From NCBI RefSeq assembly GCF_002803295.2, contig NZ_PGGB02000014.1:4196-36195 (forward strand): a stretch of 32,000 nucleotides of DNA. Reading direction: 5' to 3'. Shown one piece after another: positions 25,984-32,000 of this stretch (position 1 is its first letter; the number at the start of each line of letters is the position of its first letter). The stretch comes from Caedibacter taeniospiralis (GTDB lineage Bacteria; Pseudomonadota; Gammaproteobacteria; Francisellales; Francisellaceae). The notes under the pieces are model-generated. The model saw only the letters and a list, made by a program, of their open reading frames with translations. It did no database searches and was not told the DNA's origin. The position numbers and the translations under genes were made by a program.

Positions 25984-27517
25984 CCATATCCTTAGGTAAT
26001 GCTTTTTTCATATGCACTCCCATATCTTCCAACTGTATAGCCTGCGAAATTAAATTGCCTCGACCCTTGGTCAATTTATTCAACGCATCAGCATAAGTTT
26101 CTTTTGACTTATCTATTTGCCTGCCCAGCGCCTCAATATCCTCCACAAATCCTCGGAACTTATCGAGCATTTTAGTGGCACGCTCTGTAATATCGCTGGC
26201 ATTTTTATTTAAACTTTCATATTTCCAGGTATTGCGAATCGTGCCTAAAGTTGCCAAAAGAGTCGTTGGCGTAACGATGATAATGCGCTTTTTAAATGCC
26301 TCGTGAAATAGGCTATCATCGTGCTGGAATGCCACGACAAACGCTGCCTCAATCGGCATAAACATTAAAATAAAATCAAGAGAGTTGATCGCGGATAAGC
26401 GCTCATAATTTTTAGAAGAAAGCAGTGTAATGTGCTGGCGAATGGCGTCAATATGCTTTTTTAAACACTCAAGTTTTAGGGTCTCCGTCTCTGCACGCGT
26501 GTAAGCATCATAGCTCACCAGGGAAACTTTGGCGTCAATGATGACATCTTTGCCATCGGGTAAGTGTACAATGGCATCAGGTCTTAAGGTCTTCTCGTTA
26601 TCGTCATCGTCACTTCCTTTAAAGCTGTTTTGCACCTCATACTCATAACCTTTACGTAAACCTGAAGACTCCAAAACGCGCTCAAGCACCACCTCTCCCC
26701 AATCGCCTTGGAGCTTTTTATCACCTTTGAGCGCTTTGGTGAGATTTTTAGCCTCTTTATTCATCTCCTGATTAAGCTCAAATAATTTATTTACCTCTTT
26801 CTGCAAAGAAGCTCTTTCTTTAGCCTCATGCACGTAGACATCATCGACTTTTTTCTTGAATTCATGGATGTCATTTTTAAACGGCTGCAGAATTTCTGCC
26901 AAATTTACTTTGTTCTGGTTGGCAAATCTCTCACCCTTTTCTTCAAAGATACGATTGGCGAGATTCTCAAACTGTTCGGTTAAGCTTTTTTTCGCATTTT
27001 CAAGTAAGGCAATTTTTTCCTGTGAGTTGTACAGCTCAGTTTCAATTTGTTTGCTCAAGCTTGAGTTTTCAGCCTGTAGCTGAGATTTTTCCTCCATTAA
27101 AGTATCGATTTTTCTGAGCATTTCATCCTGCTTTTTACTCGCATTCTGAAGCTCCATTTCCAAGCGTGTAACCTCCTTCTCCAGCGCTTGGAACCTCGCA
27201 GCATCACTTGCAAGCTTATTTTGCAGCTTTGATAGTTCATCATTACGAATTTCAAGCTTTTGCTTCACCATGCTAAGCTCTTGGGTTAAACGCTGTTCCT
27301 GCTCCTGGTAATGCTTATGATCTGTTGTTAGCACAATATTTTCTTGTTGCTTTTGCCACAACTGTGCTTCTTTATCCTGGTAGGATAGCTCAAGCTCTGT
27401 TAAAGATTTCTCTGTGGTTTTCAGCTTTGTTTGTAATGCGTTTCTTCCTGGTCTGGTCATCAGGAAACCAATCACCATTCCCATAGCAAATGCTACTATA
27501 GCAAGTCCAGTAATCAT
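25943..27517 (-). CDS. rmuC: DNA recombination protein RmuC
   Basis: It has an N-terminal transmembrane segment and a long coiled coil, followed by LSEQFENLANRIFEEK and KALKGDKKLQGDWGEVVLERVLESSGLRKGYEYE, which are near-identical to E. coli RmuC blocks. The ribosome-binding site AAGGAAA is present. Confidence 0.93.
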   Translation of the reverse strand: MITGLAIVAFAMGMVIGFLMTRPGRNALQTKLKTTEKSLTELELSYQDKEAQLWQKQQENIVLTTDHKHYQEQEQRLTQELSMVKQKLEIRNDELSKLQNKLASDAARFQALEKEVTRLEMELQNASKKQDEMLRKIDTLMEEKSQLQAENSSLSKQIETELYNSQEKIALLENAKKSLTEQFENLANRIFEEKGERFANQNKVNLAEILQPFKNDIHEFKKKVDDVYVHEAKERASLQKEVNKLFELNQEMNKEAKNLTKALKGDKKLQGDWGEVVLERVLESSGLRKGYEYEVQNSFKGSDDDDNEKTLRPDAIVHLPDGKDVIIDAKVSLVSYDAYTRAETETLKLECLKKHIDAIRQHITLLSSKNYERLSAINSLDFILMFMPIEAAFVVAFQHDDSLFHEAFKKRIIIVTPTTLLATLGTIRNTWKYESLNKNASDITERATKMLDKFRGFVEDIEALGRQIDKSKETYADALNKLTKGRGNLISQAIQLEDMGVHMKKALPKDMVEHAELERTKGED

Positions 27518-27641
27518 CGTTTTTCCTTTTTACTACCTTGCTTGTCATCATGCCATAAAAATAGCTGTATCGCTTGTAAATCATCATAAGAATGCACCTG
27601 AATGCAGGTAAACAACTTAACCTTACTGGAGTTACACACCT

Positions 27642-28841
27642 TTATATGTCAAACAAACGTTTGGATTCTGAAAAAGAGCGCATCACGCAATCCTCAATGG
27701 CAAGTCGCGTGAAATAATTCCCAGTCAGTCCAAGTGTTGTATCTTTGCTAAGTAGTTGATCAAGCACGTCAAGAAACCGTTGATGTTTTGCTTGATAACA
27801 TGGCAGGGTATTGTACTTGGAATGTACATCGATCACTGCACTTTTGGGGATATTAAGCTTAGATAAAAATTCATCGATTAGCTTCGTGTGCGACTCCTTA
27901 TGGTCTTTGAAATGGATAGTCATGCCACGAAATTTTTCATGCGGAACCACATCACGCGTGACCATTGAGAAAAAGTTTTGCTCTATGCCGATTAACCCAC
28001 TTAATGACCTTATGTGATTGAGTTTGTCCTTATCAAGGATTAAAGCGGTAGTAGTAAGTTTGGAGATGCCAGGTTGATGTGCAATGCTTGCAATAGGGTG
28101 ATTAATCTGAGTTAAAAGTTTTTGTGTGATATGCCATGGTGTCGCAAGAATGAGCTTATCGCTTTTAATCACTTCACTGCGGGTTTTGATCAGCCAGCTG
28201 TTATTTTGCCTGTCAATGTGGTGGACTTCAGAATTCAAGTTAATATCAATATCCAGGTTAGAAAAATCTTTAAATAAACTCGACATTCCCCCTTTAAAAG
28301 TGAAACTGCGTGGCAGCTTTTTATTCTTGACTCGCGGCTTAAAAAGAAAATCCGCAGGAAAGTTCTGGCTGTCCTGGCACAGCACTGCGTCAAAGCAATA
28401 GCGTAAAGTCTTGTGATAATTATTGTGCCCAAATACAAAACTAAAATATTCCGCGACGGTACGTTCTTTGGCTTTACTAAATTTAAAGAGTGGCAAGCCA
28501 ATGCCTGCACGAACAGGATTTAGTGAGCCAAGCACGCTAGCAACGATATCTTGACGGGTTAAGAGTTTAAAGGGATGTGTCTTGCGTGTTTGCAGCTGAG
28601 ATAAAAGTGCATTATCCTGGCAAAATTGAATGAGCGTGGCGTAAGAGTTGTAAATCGTATGCGCCCCTAATTCCAGCCAAAAATCTCCCGTTTTGGGGCT
28701 TTGGCAGGTTTCAATGCAACCCCCTAATTTATCGCACTTCTCAAGAATAATGCTCTTATACCCTCGTTGCGCTGCAAAGTGTGCAAAACTGCTTCCAGAA
28801 ATGCCTCCACCAATAATTGCGATGGGGTAGTGTTTTGTCAT
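27642..28841 (-). CDS. FAD/NAD(P)-binding oxidoreductase (amine oxidase / protoporphyrinogen oxidase-like family)
   Basis: The N-terminal dinucleotide fold is IAIIGGGISGSSFAHFAAQRGYKSIILEKCDKLGGC, and the C-terminal GNYF... segment is typical of the family. The substrate is not inferable. Confidence 0.7.
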   Translation of the reverse strand: MTKHYPIAIIGGGISGSSFAHFAAQRGYKSIILEKCDKLGGCIETCQSPKTGDFWLELGAHTIYNSYATLIQFCQDNALLSQLQTRKTHPFKLLTRQDIVASVLGSLNPVRAGIGLPLFKFSKAKERTVAEYFSFVFGHNNYHKTLRYCFDAVLCQDSQNFPADFLFKPRVKNKKLPRSFTFKGGMSSLFKDFSNLDIDINLNSEVHHIDRQNNSWLIKTRSEVIKSDKLILATPWHITQKLLTQINHPIASIAHQPGISKLTTTALILDKDKLNHIRSLSGLIGIEQNFFSMVTRDVVPHEKFRGMTIHFKDHKESHTKLIDEFLSKLNIPKSAVIDVHSKYNTLPCYQAKHQRFLDVLDQLLSKDTTLGLTGNYFTRLAIEDCVMRSFSESKRLFDI

Positions 28842-28920
28842 AATTCCTCCAGTAGGGATTATTTCAATACCAGAAAATCTGGATTGGAGGTATTTTCAAT
28901 TGCCTGATATCGGTAAGCCA

Positions 28921-29283
28921 TTATTTTTCTTCTGTATGTGAAGCATAATCTTTTGGCGTTTGTGGGGCAGAACCCAGATGCTGGATGTGTTCTTTATTGC
29001 GATAAGCCTTGGGTTGCAACAGAGATTGTCTTGATTGGTCGAGATTAAGTTTTACGCTGTATTCTTGAGAATGTTTCTGCAATTCAGCAAATTGCTGATA
29101 AATACTCTCCATGATTTCATGGGTTTTACACACATGCTCATTAACGGTATTTTGGTAATGCGTCAGTAATTTTTTAGTCTCATCCAGCTCATTTGCAATG
29201 TTTCTATTGCTTTTGCGTGCGCTTAAACCGATGGCAAGACCGATCACAAAGGCGGTGATAACACCAAGTATTAAAATAACCAT
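28921..29283 (-). CDS. yhcB: YhcB/ZapG (DUF1043) family inner-membrane protein
   Basis: From the ATG at 29283 (AGGAG 6 nt upstream), it has a single N-terminal transmembrane segment MVILILGVITAFVIGLAIGL. This is followed by a coiled region and the C-terminal PKDYA motif (E. coli YhcB: PRDYSEG). Confidence 0.75.
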   Translation of the reverse strand: MVILILGVITAFVIGLAIGLSARKSNRNIANELDETKKLLTHYQNTVNEHVCKTHEIMESIYQQFAELQKHSQEYSVKLNLDQSRQSLLQPKAYRNKEHIQHLGSAPQTPKDYASHTEEK

Positions 29284-29291
29284 TACATCTC

Positions 29292-29509
29292 CTATGGTTG
29301 GTAAACAGGGGCTGCGGCACAACAGGCAAGACCTTCTTTTCTGCAGATAATCCCAAGCTTTCAGTCGTTGTGACCTTGATATTAACTTGATTTAGCTCAA
29401 GCTGCAACAGCGTTGCCATGCGTTGGCGCATTTCTCTTATGTCAAAGGTTAAATTATCACAACTCAATCTGGGGTTACACCAGATGTTGCTAAACAGCAT
29501 AAGCTCCAA
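29292..29509 (-). pseudogene. ispF: ispF (2-C-methyl-D-erythritol 2,4-cyclodiphosphate synthase) remnant: C-terminal third only, frameshifted
   Basis: The track ORF 29204-29509 contains FDIREMRQRMATLLQLELNQVNIKVTTTESLG, compared with E. coli IspF [32 protein letters not shown]. After ESLG the homologous continuation (IICRKEGLACCAAAPVYQP*, versus FTGRGEGIACEAVALL) is in another frame and ends at a TAG at 29294-29292. No N-terminal HGFDVH/HSDGD region is found upstream. Confidence 0.6.
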
Positions 29510-29664
29510 TCTGCCCGTTGATGCTCCTAAATTCCGATAAAAATTCAGATGACAATATGGCTAAAATAGCTATAATTCCTGACCTTAACCAAAGATTACC
29601 TCAACAGATTTCAGCCAAGATTAATCAAAAAAAGCTAAAGTCGGGTTTAATTGTAAAGAAGTAA

Positions 29665-30924
29665 ATGATGCAATCAGATAACAGCCGCCTACTGATCAGT
29701 ATTTTAATGCTCACGATCATCATTGATGTCATGGGAGTAGGTCTGGTTTTCCCAGTGATCCCAGAAATCATGATGTCAAAACAAAGTCCATTTTTTGACA
29801 TAAATACACCTGAGTCACTGCGTAATTTTTATTATGGACTGTCGATGGCAGTATGGCCCTTGGGCATCTTCATCGGTAGCGCAATCATTGGGAGGCTATC
29901 CGATAAATATGGGCGGAAGCTTATGATTATCGCTTCTTTAGCAGGAACCATCCTGGCTTATTTACTGTCGGTGAGTTCATTTGCATTGGAATCACTGACT
30001 GTTTTTATGCTAAGTCGCTTTATCTGTGGTTTTTTTGGTGGCAGTTTTAGTATTGCGCAAGCCGTCATGCTAGATATTTCTGATGAAAAAAGTCGGCTTA
30101 AAAACCTGAGTTTAATCACACTTTCCGCCTCTATTGGTTTTGTTTTTGGACCTGTAATCACCACCATCGTCGGTCTACTGTCACAAACAACCTATCAGGC
30201 AATCAGTTTGCCATTTTGGTTTGGTGCGGGATTTTCAGTGATTAATCTATTAAGCGTTTGCTTCTTCTTGCCTGAAACCTATACCAAACGCATTAAAGAT
30301 CAAAAGCTTAAACTGATCAATCTCATCTTTAGCTTCCGAGTGATGTTTGTTGACAAGCGTGTACGAATATTGGCACTGGCATTTTTAATGCTGCAAATCG
30401 GTTGGGGTTATTATGCACAAGGATTACCCTTAGTGCTTGATCAAGCGTTTGGCTTTAAGTCAGCAAGCATTGGTTGTGTCTTTGTGATTATGAGTCTCGG
30501 CTTTGCCTTTTCAACACTCTATTTTCAAAATATCGTGCTAAAGCGTCTTAATAGTCATGTGGCAATGCTGTTAAGTGGTATTGTCATTGGTTTGCTGATT
30601 GCCATGTGCACATTTTTTTTAAGCCCAGGCTCGATGATTATTAGTGCTTTTGTTGGGGCACTCTTGCAAATTATTTTTTATACTGCGCTGTTGTCGGTGA
30701 TTGCAGGCAAAGTTCATAGCCACGAACAAGGGGCAATTATGGGCGGGACCACTTCAGTTTTTGGTATTGCCTGGGCGGTTAATGCTTTCACCCTTGGTTT
30801 GTTTATAACGCTATATCTACTGCTTCCGCTCTACTTAGCAGCTGCAGCAATTATTATTGCGGGGTTATTTGCAAAACTGGATAAAGGCAGATGCACTGGC
30901 TTATGCCAAAGACAAGCAGGTTGA
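29665..30924 (+). CDS. MFS transporter (DHA1/TetA-like, 12 TM)
   Basis: The GRLSDKYGRK motif lies between TM2 and TM3, which is typical of the MFS_1 family. The protein is 419 aa and hydrophobic throughout. Confidence 0.85.
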   Translation: MMQSDNSRLLISILMLTIIIDVMGVGLVFPVIPEIMMSKQSPFFDINTPESLRNFYYGLSMAVWPLGIFIGSAIIGRLSDKYGRKLMIIASLAGTILAYLLSVSSFALESLTVFMLSRFICGFFGGSFSIAQAVMLDISDEKSRLKNLSLITLSASIGFVFGPVITTIVGLLSQTTYQAISLPFWFGAGFSVINLLSVCFFLPETYTKRIKDQKLKLINLIFSFRVMFVDKRVRILALAFLMLQIGWGYYAQGLPLVLDQAFGFKSASIGCVFVIMSLGFAFSTLYFQNIVLKRLNSHVAMLLSGIVIGLLIAMCTFFLSPGSMIISAFVGALLQIIFYTALLSVIAGKVHSHEQGAIMGGTTSVFGIAWAVNAFTLGLFITLYLLLPLYLAAAAIIIAGLFAKLDKGRCTGLCQRQAG

Positions 30925-31118
30925 TGAAAATAAATATTCTCTAACTTGTCCGTCCTGCTTTTATTACCTTGGCAAAGACTTAGATTCCATTACTTTTGTT
31001 GCTATCTTAAATAAGCGTGCATAGACCGCATATGCAGCGCTGCGTACACCTGTTATGTGATTCATCAAGCGCTCTAAGGGTTTTTGTTGCGGTATTAGCA
31101 TCCATTCCTGAGCTTGAC

Positions 31119-31721
31119 TTATACGATATCGAAATCAAATATTTTATTGGCGAAAGGTTCATCAATTAAACGAAAATGCCACCATTCTGTATCAATCGGT
31201 TCAAAGCCAGCACTGAGCATATGCTCACGCAAAAGCTGCCGATTCGCAATTGCTTGAGCAGATACATGCGTGCTATCAGGATGTGATAAAGGATCCATGA
31301 AATCAAAACAGGTTCCCATATCAAGCTCTTGACCTTGCTGATCGACCAGAGTTAGATCAACCGTGCTACCACTGCAATGGTTTGAGGTTTTACTGAAATA
31401 CCCCTTGGCAAATAAATCCTTTTTGGCAAGGTTCGGATAGTAGTCTGATTGTGTGGCATCATCGTTCACATCTTGCGACCATTGCCAAAAATCCATGACT
31501 GCCTTCCTGGGTCGATATGCGTCCCAAATGAATAAACTCAATCCCAAACGGTTAATGTTTTTTTGCACGTCTTGTAATGCACGCAAACACACCTTTGTCA
31601 TTATACATTTATTAGAATAGTAGCCATTCACTTGACGACCGAGAATATTACCATCCGAGCTATATTTTATATCCCAGAAAATATTTTCATTACCTGCTAA
31701 AGCAACAAATTCACTATCCAT
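31119..31721 (-). CDS. ddpX: D-alanyl-D-alanine dipeptidase (VanX/DdpX, peptidase M15D)
   Basis: IWDAYRP, SNHCSGSTVDLTL, DMGTCFD and EWWHF are the VanX-family zinc and catalytic motifs. The start is taken as the ATG at 31721 (GGAGG 7 nt upstream), not the longer track ORF. Confidence 0.88.
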   Translation of the reverse strand: MDSEFVALAGNENIFWDIKYSSDGNILGRQVNGYYSNKCIMTKVCLRALQDVQKNINRLGLSLFIWDAYRPRKAVMDFWQWSQDVNDDATQSDYYPNLAKKDLFAKGYFSKTSNHCSGSTVDLTLVDQQGQELDMGTCFDFMDPLSHPDSTHVSAQAIANRQLLREHMLSAGFEPIDTEWWHFRLIDEPFANKIFDFDIV

Positions 31722-31943
31722 AAAGCGCCTCCACTTAGTTCTTAGTTGTAGAGTAGGTCGCTGATTTGATTTTATCTCCACAGAGACCCCTCGTCAAACC
31801 GTGCGTAAAGTTTTCCCTTACACGGCTTTCCGAAAGACTTCTTCCGTCAACTTTACAGCTCATCTAAATATAACCTCCCTTAATTCTTTTATGTTGCACA
31901 AATGCCCTACTCATAATAATAAAGTTTATGGGTAGTTTCATAG

Positions 31944-31974
31944 AAAAATGAGGGTGGATGGTCTCTCCATCCCT
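31944..31974 (-). terminator. Possible rho-independent terminator of a minus-strand gene lying beyond the right edge
   Basis: The minus strand reads AGGGATGG-agaga-CCATCCACCCT followed by CATTTTT. The stem is short and imperfect. Confidence 0.35.
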
Positions 31975-32000
31975 TGCTATGTTTAGCGTGCTTTTTCTTA

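Noticed and set aside
29204-29509. The 101-aa track ORF taken as an intact gene overlapping yhcB
   Set aside because: Its 3' 80 nt would overlap the well-supported yhcB start region out of frame. Its only similarity is to a part of IspF, with the frame broken. It was reinterpreted as an ispF pseudogene remnant.
1-32000. A scan for CRISPR arrays, rRNA genes, transposase or integrase genes, prophage modules and long tandem repeats
   Set aside because: None were seen. The only repeats are the MITE pair, the two REP-like copies, an 11-bp tandem at 14751-14773 and short hairpins.

Overview
This is a chromosomal window of about 40% GC from a gammaproteobacterium. Gene content and CsrA/SpoT/DksA similarity suggest a Legionellales-like organism, but that taxon call is inference only. 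All family assignments come from reading the translations against motifs recalled from memory, and no database search was run.

Accessory left edge (nt 1-4300):
- The 3' end of an Rhs polymorphic toxin gene runs in from the left edge. Its core ends in two DPxGL motifs, followed by a roughly 205-aa variable toxin tip that I read as TNT-like (candidate NAD+ glycohydrolase).
- A 13-nt-overlapping cognate immunity gene follows.
- Two further immunity-type ORFs follow with no toxin of their own. One is a 56-aa ORF missing from the supplied track and the other is Imm8-like.
- Next comes a decayed spacer holding two copies of a small TIR/TSD-flanked MITE (68 bp and 186 bp), a promoterless 3' gene fragment, and a REP-like hairpin element that recurs at nt 11087-11143.
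- A single-gene AAA-ATPase-like/PD-(D/E)XK protein closes this region.

Housekeeping remainder, in order: capD/pglF-type sugar dehydratase, rdgB, ybeD-lipB, two transporters, rplT-rpmI-infC-thrS (infC uses an AUU start), tRNA-Ser(GCU), csrA, spoT, ugd, dksA, a cyd operon, nusB, rsmG, a LysM lipoprotein, purE, a GDPD-CinA/YfaY fusion, rmuC, an FAD oxidoreductase, yhcB, an MFS transporter and a VanX-type dipeptidase.

Most notable findings:
- The Rhs-CT/immunity/orphan-immunity module.
- The new MITE pair.
- cydB is reduced to a 122-bp start-plus-end remnant between an intact cydA and a cydX-like ORF.
- A frameshifted ispF relic.
- A one-cysteine (zinc-finger-less) DksA.
- The GDPD-CinA fusion.

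No rRNA genes, CRISPR arrays, transposases or integrases were seen.
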